63,934 nt of DNA, filler included, from Collodictyon triciliatum (GCA_043381765.1; 5 parts of 5 records of this genome joined end to end with filler, not necessarily neighbours in it); one strand, 5' to 3'; shown: positions 14,602 to 29,110, counted from the first letter of the whole stretch. Notes: generated by a model from the letters alone, not told the origin. Translations and numbers: made by a program.

Positions 14602-14865
14602 NNNNNNNNNNNNNNNNNNNNNNNNNNNNNNNNNNNNNNNNNNNNTTAATTAATTAANNNNNNNNNNNNNNNNNNNNNNNNNNNNNNNNNNNNNNNNNNN
14701 NAAACGAAACAAAACAAAACAAAACAAAACGAAACAAAACGAAACAAAACGAAACAAAACAAAACAAAACAAAACAAAACAAAACAAAACAAAACAAAAC
14801 AAAACAAAACGAAACAAAACGAAACAAAACAAAGTAAAATAAAATAAAATAAAAATTAGAATGAA

Positions 14866-17800
14866 ATGATAAGTTTAGCGCGAGAAATTCACAATAGCTT
14901 ATTTAGATTTAGATCCAAGGAGCTTGAAGTTCACTTTTTTCAGAAGAGAGCCTCCAAGATCAGGCTGCTCATGATGAGCCTTTTGTTACTCGGATCCGTT
15001 TATTTTGTGTGCTCTGCTTTGGGAACTTACGTAATGATGTGGGTAGTCTGCATCAAAACTGTTCCATTCCGACGGTTGCACAGTGATTATTACTACCTAA
15101 CATTATTGGTTATTTTCTGGTCTAAAAATCTATTTACACTCTAGGGACGAATATATCAGTGTCGAAGTTTTATTCTATGTCGTAGGGTGTATATGTTGTT
15201 TGCTCGGGCTCTGTGCGTGCCGGTCTAAACATTTTTTCTCAAGGTTGAAGTGCACACGATTTAGATTAACTCATTTTCAATTCTGGTTGAATTGATTTAA
15301 TTTAGTGTTTTTTCTCATAAAATGTAAGTTCTTATGAAAATTTCTTTAATCTTTTGACATATTTTCCTTGGTGCGCTCTCATATTAATTTTGGATTTGAC
15401 AAACTTAGATATTATCGGCAAATACATATATTTTCATTTTCTTCGGTGCTTCTTATCTTCATGGCTGTTCGCGTTGGAGAATACTCAGAGATTCCTTCAA
15501 CAGAATCGCTTTTTGCTATACTAGTATGTATTATCTAAAATATTTTTTGACAGATATAACCATAGTGTCATCCAAATATTGTGTTTGAATTTTTTTTAGA
15601 ATATTTTGTATAAAACACAGCTCCATGTGGTTATCGTTCCTGGGGACTACTGGATAAGCACCAAAATCACTCTTCTTAGCACTCTTGGAATCGCTATTTT
15701 GGCCATAAAATCTTTCGATATCTTCATTATTTTTAGAGTTTTATCCCCACTCTTCGTTTGCGCAAATATATGTATAGTTAACTCATCAGTTGTTGATTCC
15801 CATGAGAGAAGGTGAGAAAAGTTGACCCAAGTTTATCTTAATGAATATTTTCGAATATATAGCCAAGTTATGATTTTTACTTTCTTAAATCACTTTTAAC
15901 TCTTCATAGAACATATGTGAATTACAAAAAGATGACCATGTACTACAAATCTTCGAAAAAGAATCAGGAGCAAACAAAATTACTGCTCTCAAATATATAC
16001 CCCGTGTGCGTTACTTTCAAATACTTTTTTTTTTTTAAAAAAAAATATACCATTCATGAAAATGTTTCTTTAGGCCTGTTGTGAATGATATTATTTACGG
16101 GAAAAGCTCTGCAAATTCTTCATACGATTCTGAAAGTGCCTACGTAATGTCCATATGCTTGTTTGAATTCGGAAAAATGCAAAAGGCTAATGAGACATCC
16201 GAGAGGGGTTACTCCAGGGCACTGTCGTAATTTTTAATGTTATATAGACGTTCAAAGGAAATATATGCTCATATTAAAATAATATAAAAATAGGATTGTG
16301 GTGGAGAATCTTGATAAGTAAGTGATTTGTTCTATATATCGCATAATCAATCATTCTCTTCGTATGATTCAATTGCGCGACATCTGAATACTTAAAATTG
16401 GTATACCAAGATACAAATTGCACAAGATAAAATGTGTCGGTAATATTTAATATTTTAAATGGATCGCGCAATTACAGTGCTATACCTCATTAAAACTGAT
16501 GTCATAAGTAGACTAAAAGAAAATCAAAGTTTCATTAAAGTATATATTTTTCTGAAAAAAATACTTCAAATAAAAATCAAGGTCTTCGAATTACGGTGAG
16601 TACTTCCTTTTACCTTTTTTATATTGAATACACACCGAGCTTAAGATAAATTCGCCAACAGTAATTGTATTAAAAAATTTCCTTTATTCGATTAATTGTA
16701 TTGAAAAGTTAAAAAATTCAGGCTGTCAGTGGATTATTCAATCATCCAAAAACCGACATCGTACAAGCAGCTATTGACATCATCAAAGACGGGAGAAAGA
16801 TTCTCAAGGAGTTAGATGTATATCTCAATCCAAGAAGTTTTCTTCATTGATCCGTTCATAATCGAGACTTACATGTCATTCAGATTTCCATATCCATTGG
16901 AATCGGGAGTGGTTGGATTCAGGGAGGATTTGTTCAGTGTTCATCAATATCATTTGACATTAGAGGACAAGGTTTAGCTTTTTATTGACAAAAGAATAAA
17001 TTACAATTCTATGTTAATGTATAATATACGTCTTAGCATACGACTCATCCCTAGAGAGTCTGGAGGCAGCTATATCCTGGGAAGTATGTATGGATGAACC
17101 AACAAAAATCAATTGGCTGGCAGAATATGGGGATCAGGTATTCATAAATTCAGAAAATTGTTTTGTTGTTGTATACGAGAGATAGGCTGATAGATTCATG
17201 AAAATCATATAAACCGACATTAGTGCCTGCATTCTATGAGAATGAAGGACGTAGCTGTCTCGATGTGTAGAATTTGGTCCATATTTCCACAACTAGATGC
17301 TAATTTGAGCAGACAGTCGATCTACCAACAGAGATCAAACTGTGTAAATCAAAAGCCAGAAGAAATTCATCATGCGCTTGACTTTGAATCATCCAAAATC
17401 GACCCTCTTTTTCTTGATGATGAAAATGTATGTACCATACCATCGCACATTAAAAGAAAGCAGAAATTTATTTACTTATTCGGACCAAGTTATGTAAGAA
17501 CATTACTAATCGTAGTGACATTGCTATAAAAAATACTAATGGCGCAGGCTGAAGTAGAAATAGACAGAAAAGTAAACAATATTAGTGGTAAATTCACAAA
17601 CAAATGGCTTTGGGGCGATTTTCGATTTTCTGACGAGATAGAAATGAAATACGTTGCGTATCTCCGGTCGAGAAAGACTTATAGGATGACAAGGTTTTCT
17701 TGTAGAATTGCTTTTTATATGCATCGATATGAAATTCTTGAAATCTAATTGTGTCTCTTGTTTTTATTCTAATTTCTTTAAATTAACATATTCATTTTAC

Positions 17801-19900
17801 AGCTATCTAATGTTTGCCTTGGTTTTCTCATGTCTGGGCTATGGTGTGATAGACTTTGGGTTTTTAAGCTCAATAGACCTTAGTGTAAAAACCAACAGAC
17901 ACCTCTACTTGTTGATTCGATATGCTGTAGTATTCCCCGTTATTTTGTTTTCGATGTTGGCATTTATTATGAGCAGCCGTATTACACTTCACCTGCATGA
18001 CTTTTTTGCATACATTTGGGATTTACCCATGACAACATGTAGTTTTTACATGTTTTATATTCTCGCACGAACGGTGTGTGTATATGGTGATGAGGATTTG
18101 TCTCAACGTTTGTCATTTTGGGAGCTTTACTATTTTTATGCAGAATCATTTTCCTTGGGTATGATAATGATTTCCTTTCAGACCATTTCGTCTACTTCTG
18201 TATCTGCCCTCATGGCTTTGTGGGTTATGTTTAGTGTGGTGACTGTGAGCACTTTCTCTGTTCAAATCAAGTGAGTAAATTATATTTTCTTTTCGGTGAA
18301 CATAAATTACATTATATTCTTCCGATGTTTTTTTTTTTAAAAAAAAAGCCTATTGTGATATGAAGGTTACAATCGAGTCTTCCATCAGTTATCATGTTGA
18401 TCGGACGCTTTGTTGTCCCCATATTTTTGATGTGGGTTTCAAAACTAGCCAAAGAATTGATTGTTCGTAGAGACTTCGTATACAGCCAGGCATTGGCAGA
18501 GGTAAATAATGCGTTTGCCAGTAAATGAATTGCTATTATGGTACAATCATACCCTGGAATGTTGCCACAATCATTTAGGGGTGAACATAAAAATTTTTTT
18601 TGTACAATTCTAGGCTGTCGAAGATTCAGAAAGAGAAAAAGATATAGCTGAATCTGCCCTCCAGTCAGTTTTGGCTGCAGACATGATTGAGAATTTAAGA
18701 AAACGAACCATACCAAAGAATACCATTTTGGTAGAAAGTCTTATAGTCGCCATCACAATTCATTTTGATTCAAAAAATTCTAGAAGCAAAAAACCTGATA
18801 TAGCTTTTGCGGAAATAACAGGTTAACATACATATAAGTATCAGCGCACATGGAAACTTACATTCACGAGCCGATTGATACCATTTCGATACCTAATCAT
18901 GATTTTCAGAAATTTTTAGAATGATGGAGCGTGTTGGTATTGCCTATGGGATGCAGATAATTAAAACTACAGGGAATTGTGCTTTGGTGGGTCATATCCA
19001 TTTTCTTTTACTTTTGTTTAATATTGTTTCTTACATTACTTTCCGCCTTGATATATTCAAAGAATCTCTTACTTATATATCCGCCTGATTTCGAAGATGA
19101 CTCATAAAAGCCTCACGGAGTCCTCCCAGTCGGATGGGAAAAAACCTTTATCTGAGATAATAGAATTCTCATTAAATGTAAGTTTGAAGTCATGTGATTT
19201 TCCTTTGTCTATTGAAAATTTCCGGAATCGTTCTTATTAGATTGAGAGAGACTTGAACAATACGAAAGGAATATTCAAAGAGAAATTAGAGCTCTCTATA
19301 GGCATCGACACAGGAAATATATACAAGGGCATTATTGGTATGTATTCACACATGTCAAATTCTCGCCATTCCATATGATTCCGGAATTTTTTCGCAGCAT
19401 TAAGGTTGTAAGAATACGAAACTGATACATAGGTTCTGATCCATTCGTCTTCGACTTTTATGGAAAAACAGGTTTGTCCCTATACCGTATACTTATTTAG
19501 ATGAGCCAGCGGCTTTTTGTCTGGATCAACCGTCCGTATTTACTGATTTTGGTTATGCCGCACTGAAAACAAGTGAAAAAGTGTCAGTTGTTATCGAGAC
19601 ACTGCCCCAGGAGGATAGTTGCGGTTAGTATGTCTTGGAAGCCAGAAGCAATTATCGACGTATCATATCATTTTACTCGGACAGTATGAACTATGCTTAA
19701 TCCACCAACAATGACAGGTCTCTGATGAAATCCGAAAAATGGTTTCAGAGTCTCACAAGTCTTTGGTCTGCCACCCACTTGGCCCAGTGCACTCCAGCCA
19801 ATTTAGTTTTAATGCGTACAGCATCGAAAAAACGATGGATTTGGAGGCCTTTTATCTGTCCCATATCACATGGGTGAATGAAGAAAATGGAATTTTTTAG
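14866..19900 (+). CDS. Transmembrane class III nucleotide cyclase-like protein (TM-C1-TM-C2), catalytically degenerate
   Basis: Two hydrophobic blocks, each preceded by FRSKELE or FSDEIE. C1: LLLSNIYP..LHKIKCVG-LRIT-AVSG..ISIGIGSG..FDIRG. C2: AFAEIT..IIKTTGN..LSIGIDTGNIYKGIIG..FDFYGKTV. Stop TAG at 19898-19900. The start is uncertain because it lies next to a gap. Confidence 0.8.
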
Positions 19901-20488
19901 AGCAAACTATATCGAATGATTAAGAACCTCAACATCTCATATCACATTATATAAAAAGAAAATGTTGCTGAAAATTTAGCATCAAATGATGTGCTTTTAA
20001 AGAACTTTCTCTTATTTTATTGAAACTTGCTCTAATATTACATTCCTTTACCCATCTAAAATTAGAGATGGCTTCGAATAAAGGAAAAAAAATTAGAGAT
20101 GGCTTTTTTTTTTTTCATATTCGTGACAACAAAAAGGAGATCTAGTCCAGGTTAGAAAGAAAATCCTATTTTGTGTCGTTTATTTTTTCCATATTATGCC
20201 CGGTGGGACATGGAGAGTGCGCAGTTATTTATTTCAAATATATCTTGGCTGGGGGTTGTTATTAATTGTAAATTCAGTTTTTTCTTTATGATTTCAGTTA
20301 AAAAAATTTCTATGTTTTGCTTGATTAAAATTTAAATGGGATATGTAAAAAAAAAAAAAGTATATATGTCTTTAAAATGAACTAAAAGCAAGGTTCTTTT
20401 GTTCGATTTTTTTATAATTATTTTTAATGGGAATGTCTTTGTTGGGTGGTCCATCTCCAAAAAATTCCCCAGGGGAATGTGCCTGGCA

Positions 20489-23165
20489 TTAAACAGATGG
20501 CTCGCTTGGTTCCTCCTTCACTAAAGGAGACATTTCAACGCTATCCTCGATAGTATCTCTCAACTGGCGACCCTTGGTTTCGATTGGAAGGCAAAAAAGA
20601 CAGCCAGCTTCGATTTTAATTGATTATTTAGAAAGAAAAGAAAGGAGGGAATGAAAGAGGCTATCAGTGGAATTTCTCATGCATGATACGTCCATGGTAC
20701 TTTGCCTCAATATTTGATGAATTTTCAATATATTAGAACTTTGAGGGTAAAGAAATCAAACGTAAGAGAAATCGCACCTGCTATCAAGCTACAGACACCA
20801 AATACAACCAAAGGGATTATGACAGAGATGTCATTAAAAATATTCGATATGTACGATGTGATGACCCCAAAAACTCTTCCCATGGCATTTGCCGTTCCTT
20901 TTTTTTTAAAAATAAATAAATAACATAATAGCAGCTTTAATTAATGACAGATTTTTATCTACTTAAAGCGTCGATGTGAGTATACGACGAAGGCTTAAAG
21001 AAAAGGTAAGTTGCATTGATATTGGTAAAATTATGATATTCGATTTGCAATCCGGCTTGGCTGAATGCATGATTATTTTTGTTTTTGGTGCTGAAGTTGC
21101 AATACCGATTCCACTTGCTCGTATGGATGTTGGGTAAACTTCGGCGGTATAGAGATATACAGCAGCAAAAGTCCCCTTCGCGCAGCCTCGGGCCAGAAAA
21201 ATGCACGTTGTAGATATCCACCCTGGTAAAGTCTCTATGGCCAAGGCCAATAAGCTGCCTGCACATATCAAGAACAGACAACACTGGGAGTTTATCCGAC
21301 CAATTCTGTTTAAGAGATAACAATGATGAAATAGGAGTTAGTCATGAAGTGATTGATATATTTTGAATCATTTGACAAACCTATCATTGAGGTAAATAGC
21401 CAGGAAAACGCCTGGTATCTCAGAGAATGAAGTAATCAATATGTCGATGTATTTGGAAGATGATTGCTCTGACCTGTCCCCTGACTATTTGCAAATTTAT
21501 GTTAAATGAATAAATAAAAGATAAGAAATGTATATGAGCAATTAGTAAGTCGCGCATACACTCTGAACGTCAGAATTGCGATATATATAAAAGAAGGGCA
21601 CTTACGCCACTGAAGAATTCAGGGGTGATTAAGAGTAGACCATAGTACACAAACACATTTATGCCCCAAACAGCCCAAAGAAGCAATGTAGTTTTCTTCA
21701 TGGAAGGATGAAACAGGTCAGTGATGGTGCCACCTTTCGCATTAGAAGAAGATGGCGGGATGGTCAACGAGAAGTTCTTTGGGAGAGTTATCCTGTTCAT
21801 TTTGGCAGCTTTCTGTACAATTTGAATCAATAAGTGGAATTTTATGTTATTTCAAATCATTTATATGCGAACAGGATGGCTCGAAAAAAATTACGGTCTG
21901 GAAAAGGATAGAGCAGACATACCACAAGCACGCTTACAGCTTCATCTGACCTTTGATTCAGAATCAGATACCGTGGTGTCTCCGGCATATAGAAATACAG
22001 AACAAGAAGAAGTAACATCGGCATCGCCGTGTTGGCCATCATCCATCTGCAAACAAAATAATAACATTTGTTGAAGGGAAATATGCAAATTTGAATTTTT
22101 TTTTGTTTGGAATATTATCATCCTTCTTTGTTGGTTAGGTGGCTGGTGTATGGATTATATAGAATTGTAGGCTACTAACCTCCAATCCAAATGAGTAAGT
22201 GTCACCCACGCAACTGCAGCTTCAGACATGGCACCTATGCTCCAGAACAGCCCTTGGTGGACGGTCAAAGCTCGACCGCGGTGCTTTATAGGCACCAGTT
22301 CAGAGAAAAGAGAGAATGAGACCGAGACACCACCTAAGGCAACCATGCCAAAAAAAAAGAAAAAAAAGGGGCGGTAATAATTATATTTGGTGTGTGCTTC
22401 ATGCCAACAATTCAAAGTAACAACCAGATGAAATCAGAAGCGTTTTTACTAGATGTGATATTTACCAAGTCCTAGTCCGACAATAAACCTGACAAGAACC
22501 ATTTGGTAGTAGCTTTGGCAAAAAACCGACAATACGCAAAATACGGACATTGAAGAGTTGACTAAAAGATATGCCCTTCTGCGACCGAATCGATCCGCCA
22601 CTCGGCCCCAGAAAAATGAGCCCAGTCCCATCCCAACAAATGTCATGGCAGAGATGGTTGATTCCATCACTCTTGTCAAGCCCCACTCATCCGCTATCAT
22701 CGGGAGCACAAAAGATACTGACATCGATTGCTATCATCGGGGTATTTTTGAAAATGAGTATGCAGTCGTTATGGGTGTCTTGAGTGACCAGGTACAAGTG
22801 GGAAGCATACACAACAGGGGATGTGTTAATTCTTTTTCTTTTTTTTTTTTTTTGCAGTTTTTTTTTTTAAAAAAAATAGGAAAACATGCACTATACCAAG
22901 AAATGAACTGAAATAAACTAAGTGGAACAAAGGCATTATCAATAATAATAAAAAAAAAAAAGTGGGCTCATAAATGGCCATCAGTCGCACTCTAAATTAT
23001 TACTAAACAACGTACCATAGCATGCACGGACCATACCAAAGCTGTAGTGACCATGGTTATCCACTGGAAGCGACCCCAACCTATCCTTTCCACAGCCTCA
23101 TCACACGTCCAACTGGTTTGCTCCTTCCCATTCTGATTTCCGTCGGTCGTGGGTTCCAGAAGCAT
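20489..23165 (-). CDS. MFS transporter, SV2/SVOP-like
   Basis: MLLEPT..EAVERIGWGRFQW, WGRVADRFGRR (MFS motif A), FSELVPIKHRG, MPETPRYL, VYLYTAEVYPTSIRASGIG, LPIETKGR; stop at 20489. Confidence 0.9.
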
Positions 23166-25707
23166 CGATTCCTGGCAACAAACGCACTATCTATTGATTT
23201 TCATGGTTTTTTTTTCATCAAAGCTATCAAACACGAAACTGTTTAGTTTTCCAAGCGGTTGACTTTGCGCAAGAAGGCAGGAGCAAGGGAGAAAACAAGA
23301 ACACAAACAAGGTCACGGACTTATTGACAGGTAAAAGCAGCATAAATCAAGTCTGCTATATGCTATCTGGATAATGTGGTCATTCTCTGCCGAAACCCAG
23401 GCGCGGTGGAATNNNNNNNNNNNNNNNNNNNNNNNNNNNNNNNNNNNNNNNNNNNNNNNNNNNNNNNNNNNNNNNNNNNNNNNNNNNNNNNNNNNNNNNN
23501 NNNNNNNNNNNNNNNNNNNNNNNNNNNNNNNNNNNNNNNNNNNNNNNNNNNNNNNNNNNNNNNNNNNNNNNNNNNNNNNNNNNNNNNNNNNNNNNNNNNN
23601 NNNNNNNNNNNNNNNNNNNNNNNNNNNNNNNNNNNNNNNNNNNNNNNNNNNNNNNNNNNNNNNNNNNNNNNNNNNNNNNNNNNNNNNNNNNNNNNNNNNN
23701 NNNNNNNNNNNNNNNNNNNNNNNNNNNNNNNNNNNNNNNNNNNNNNNNNNNNNNNNNNNNNNNNNNNNNNNNNNNNNNNNNNNNNNNNNNNNNNNNNNNN
23801 NNNNNNNNNNNNNNNNNNNNNNNNNNNNNNNNNNNNNNNNNNNNNNNNNNNNNNNNNNNNNNNNNNNNNNNNNNNNNNNNNNNNNNNNNNNNNNNNNNNN
23901 NNNNNNNNNNNNNNNNNNNNNNNNNNNNNNNNNNNNNNNNNNNNNNNNNNNNNNNNNNNTTTTGTTTTTGTGCGCTATTGCGCCATTACATGGTTTTTGC
24001 TTGATTGACCCTTTTGTCCAAATGAAGCGTATATAATCATTTGGAACGAAAAAACAAAATGACCAAATTACAAATATTTCTTCTTTAGTTACATTTCATG
24101 GCATTATACATACTACAAACCTAATTTGGACATTACCACGTAATGTTTTAATTAATTTTTTTTTTTTAAAAGTTGGGAGAGATTTCACGCACAGTCACAC
24201 ACACCCTTTTCTCCTCCCAATAGTTTTTTCTGCCTACAAGGCGAGCTCAGGGGTGTCCCTTGACTGTGGTAGAGGTGATTGCACAGGTTTGATCAGAGTC
24301 ACAATGTGAATGCTTATGGTTTTTTCAGGTTATCTGCGCTCACTTTGCTCTTTTTTAAAAAAAAATTGCTCTGAGACGCGTTGGATAGTATATGCCAAAC
24401 CTATTTTGGTTTTGTTTTTCGTTGTTTTTTTTAAAAAAAAAAAAACTTTGAGTGTTCTACTTTCTATTTTTTCAGTCTCTTCTTCAACACAGGATGTACC
24501 CAGTGATAAAGAACGTAGAAAAAAAGTTAAAGAAGGAAAGCTACTCAAGTTACGAGAAGTGGAATGAAACGGATCGGCGAGGTTTTAGAACATATCTTCC
24601 AACTGATTGATCGGCCTTAACCAGCGAGCCACCGATCAACCGATCTCATCAAAGTTAAAAAAATTGATTTTGTACAATGGATTGAATTGGATTTTGACCA
24701 GGTCGCAAGAAGCCTCGCTACTTTTATACAATACCAGCCCCATCAGACATTTGACGCAGTCGCTAAATCACAAGAGTATCACATAATTCGCAGATGAAAA
24801 ATCGTCGAAACCAAATATGAAAATACTCCATGAATGAACTACGAGGCATGATTATTACATGACGCATCGAAACATAATCCAAAAAAAAAAAAACAATTTA
24901 AATTCCTAATTAAGGAGAAAGTAAAATGTATAATTGGAACTGCAATCGTCGACCTTTTGTCGAATGATTTTTGATTCACTTACATATATTCTCATTTGTC
25001 CAGTATGATGTAAAAAAAAAAAAAAAAAAAAANNNNNNNNNNNNNNNNNNNNNNNNNNNNNNNNNNNNNNNNNNNNNNNNNNNNNNNNNNNNNNNNNNNN
25101 NNNNNNNNNNNNNNNNNNNNNNNNNNNNNNNNNNAAAAAAAAAAAAAAACATGCCCACCCAAATACACACTAATGTAATGAGCCTCGATCAATCTTATAA
25201 GACACTTCAATATTTGTGAGAAAGTACCACTGACAAATCCGAGTAAACAAAACTGTCTCTGGTCAAGCGTGATAATAATCCGGGCAAACCATTTATATGC
25301 AAAAGTCTATAGTGTAACTAAAGTAAATTAAAAACTTTTTAATTCAGACTTACATAAATGATTGCCATGGCTTTAAATCTGCATATCTTAGTTTCATTTC
25401 AAAGACTTCTGAATAGATACAATCTAAAATAGAAATGTGTTATTTTAAAAGATCTGTTATTAGTTCTTTAAAAAATAATAAAAAAATATAATAATTAAAT
25501 ATAATGAACTGAGAAGTGCATCAGTAAACACATTCAAATAATATTAAATACAAACAATACAGTTGGTTGTTGGTTGACTTATGAAATTTATGGACAAACA
25601 TGTAATGTAATATAGCTTTTTTACATAAAAAAATAATCAGTGGATTAGTATTGGGCTTTATTGAAACATAACTTGTATGTCAAATTTTGCATTATAGATA
25701 TTGAATC

Positions 25708-28096
25708 ATGGAAAAAAGCGGGTTCATCATGGTACGAATTCAAATTCTATGTGATAGTCTTTCCGAAAACAACTCAAAGATTGCTTTACTTATAGATATA
25801 TTTCTTTACTAAGACAATCATAAATGTTGAAGGAATCAGATCTCTACAACGAAGATGGAAATTTCTCGATATCAATTAACTCTACCGAGAGTTCCAGTAA
25901 ATGTGATGGAGAGCCGATTGGCGAGCCTGTACACCAAAACACCAGTAAAATATCAAAATATTAAAAAAAATTGAATGATGACAATTTTATACATAATTTT
26001 TTCAAAAATAAATTATATATCAACTATTTCTTGCTTCTTGTTTCTAAGAAAAATACATAGATCGTGACTTTGCACACCCTCAGCATGTAGAATCGACTGT
26101 AATAGCAAACAAGGTAAGAAAATCATCATTTATTATATATTTTTGCTAAAGTATATGTTTCTACAGGAATTGGGGTTTGATAATGTCAGGACGCATGACC
26201 AGAATGACGCACCGAAGCCGAAGATGATAAATACGCGAACGAAAATGGCACAAACCTTACCAGAAGATCATATTACTGACATCGAGAGGGAATGGTATCA
26301 TATAAGTAACTAGTCGAATCGCGTAAATGTCTCCTCACTAAAACTGCCACTACTTGTAGTATGCCCATATTGACCAGTGATAGATCTCGATATCTGCGTA
26401 TTAGAAATTTTATCATCGAAAAATGGATATCGAACCCTTTTGTATTTATTTCAAGAACGGATTGCTTTGATGAACTTAAGGTATATCGACATTATTACCT
26501 TTTCTCTTTTTTTTCCTATTTATTCACCATAATCGTATAATTTCAATGAGATAATATTCACGAATATGTTTTTTAAATAGACAAGTCATAATTCTATTAA
26601 CAAGCTTCATAAATTCCTTACGAATAAAGGTATCAAACAGTTTTTAATTTTAGCAGTTTTTTTTTTTGTACATATGATTAATGCTTATTTTTTCCTTTAT
26701 TCGATTCAAGGAAAGAAAGGGGGTTAAGATATTTTTTTTACAGTCTGACAGAATTGTTCCTGATTTATGAAATATAAAAAAAATCACTTTAAAGAATGGC
26801 ATATGGAGTAGTGCTTCTTGTAATCGAAAAAAAATATTAGGTTACATTAATTGTGGATTGGATAATAAAGGGAGTAAAAAAGGTTAGATTGATATAAAAA
26901 TGAACTTAGTAACCAAAAATGAGACGAAAGGTATCATATTAATATAAAGTCACTTTTAGTAGAGAAGAAAAAACTGCTTAAGGTCACAACAAGGTTAAAC
27001 AAATAGCGAATCTATTGAAATATATGACATATAGAACATAAAAATTTATTTGATTCTCTTGGAAATGAGCACGTATCCTGATATTCATTTGAATTTTAAA
27101 TGACTAGGTCGATTGTTTTTAGTGAGAGTCGGTGTCGGGGTAAGCCCAAGAGTGTCGTATTGATCATTTGTAATTCCTTTTTAGCTCAGTAATACTGAAT
27201 ATTACATAAATTTGGGGTATTGGTAAAAAAAAAATTTTTATTGAAACAGACCACGTGAGACCATTATGTCAGTTCTTTGACCCCAAGATGAAGGCTGCTG
27301 AAGACTTCTGTCAAGTATATATGTGTAGAAGCGATCTTTGTGAGTTCTGTGCTAATGGGAAGGTGGTAAGATATCACTTAACTTTATAAATACCCGATAA
27401 GTTTGAAAATAAAGATGGTCATGCATGGCTAGAAAGACAAGCTCTGATGTTATTGTTTTATTTATAGAAGGAAGTAGAAGGTGTGAAATCCTGTTCAAGT
27501 GAAGGACCAGGCGACATGTAAGTAAAAGAATGTAGTTACCTTTTTATCTCACTTATCGATTAATGTTGCAATAGACACCCGTTGAGTGGATTCTGGAATG
27601 TGATGAAGTCAAGGGATAAAGCAAATCCAAAGTAAGGTTTCATGCATCAGAAATCGTATCTACAGTACTAACCTTTGGAATTCAATACAGACCGAGCGAG
27701 GAAGCATCGATTCGGTATATATCTGCTGACCACACTATAACAGAGAAAAGGTTTGGTCTCACATATTCGACGTTATGCTTTGATCTGATTTTTTTCACCA
27801 ATCGGAAAATTTACCAACCTGATGTGTTTCCAACTTCCCTGCTGAGATATGCTTATAAATTTCCAGGACGGATTCTTCAAGTAGCAAAAGGAAGCGTTAT
27901 ATACCCTGTCGTTCAGTGCGTAGAATACAACAGGAGCAAAAATAAATTTGTACTCAGGAATATATATATATTTCAGTCATAGTTGCTCTTCTGAAAAGAA
28001 AGAGTGATGACTCGAGGAACTTATAAATAAGAATGTGTCCATGTTACGATTTTCCAGGACAAAACAAATATGGGCTCTATTCGTCTAGGGGATTAA
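25708..28096 (+). CDS. SWIRM-domain protein with a Cys-rich C-terminal region
   Basis: Spliced exons 26168-26882 give LPEDHITDIERECMP..YLRIRNFIIEKWISNP..INKLHKFLTNKGYINCG, which fits the SWIRM consensus. Later exons end GSIRLGD*. The start is uncertain (25708, 25824 or further upstream). Confidence 0.75.
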
Positions 28097-28780
28097 CATC
28101 ATTTTTTATAAAAAAAAATTATTGGATATATAGAGTGGTTGTTTAGTTGCTAGGTGTTGCTGCGATTAAAATTAATTGATACTAAACTGTTCGCTAATTT
28201 GAACATTGCGTTAGGAGCTGAAACCTTGTGAAATCATTCGTGAGACCAAATGACGCCACATGATAATTTGCTCGACTAGAAAATAGTTTAGTTTTCTTGG
28301 ATAACAAAACAAATTTTTACATCTGAGAAAAAAAATTGTGGCTGTGGTTTGATCTTGTTTTTTGTTTTAGTTTTTGGAATTTTGAATTGGAATTTTGAAT
28401 TGGAATTGGAATTGGAATTGGAATTGGAATTGAATTTTAAATTGAATAACAATAATTGAAATGTGGAAAATATAATCATTACCTAATTTAGTGGTATAGA
28501 ATCCAAATATATGCTTCACATATATTTATAAATGTAATTGCATATTAATTTCTTTGTAAGTGTGTATTGATTGTCACAGAACGTTTCTAGCTTAAGCTGT
28601 ATTACGCCACTGCGGCGTATCGGCCATATGTAACTCATCTGCTCCTCTCACGCAGGGCCACCTTGTTTGTCTTTCGGTTTGAAGCACTCGTTCGTCGGTT
28701 CAGTTTATGACTCTGTTTTCGAGACGGGGCGACAATTCTGACGTGCGGCCTTATTCTGCGGGCCAGACTTTTGCAGCTGC

Positions 28781-29110
28781 ATGCTTCCTGGTTGGAGCCA
28801 GGTGGAGCCGGCCTCCTCTTCAGGAGACAAGAACACAGGCCTGTTGGAAAAGGTTGCAGCAGCTTCCACCAGCCAGCCGTACACACCTTCACGGCCGTCG
28901 GATTATCCGTCGGCCTCGTCTCTGCGTCCTGCTTCTGTCGGCGCGATTCTGGACTCATGTATGGAGCTGAACGATCCGAATCTCAGCCAAGAGATATTTC
29001 AGGGAAGGAATCGTTCTCACTCGGCCAGTTCGCCGCGGTTACCGTTTGCCGGGTATTGGCCGATCGGCATCTTCCGTCGGGCAGACATACCCAGCCAGCA
29101 GAAGAAGCAA
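28781..29110 (+). CDS. Hypothetical protein, first exon; remainder presumably in the gap
   Basis: GC-rich Ser/Pro-rich ORF ending at a GTGAGA donor near 29111; no recognisable motif. Confidence 0.35.

Noticed and set aside
14602-14701. TTAATTAATTAA flanked by N runs (also near 29332, 43997, 58654)
   Set aside because: An identical six-frame-stop spacer centred in 100-nt gaps is a scaffolding artefact, not a biological element.
24493-24780. Possible exon MYPVIKNV..EKWNETDRRG with a Myb-like Trp, upstream of the SWIRM gene
   Set aside because: Could not be joined in frame to downstream exons, and gaps lie on both sides.
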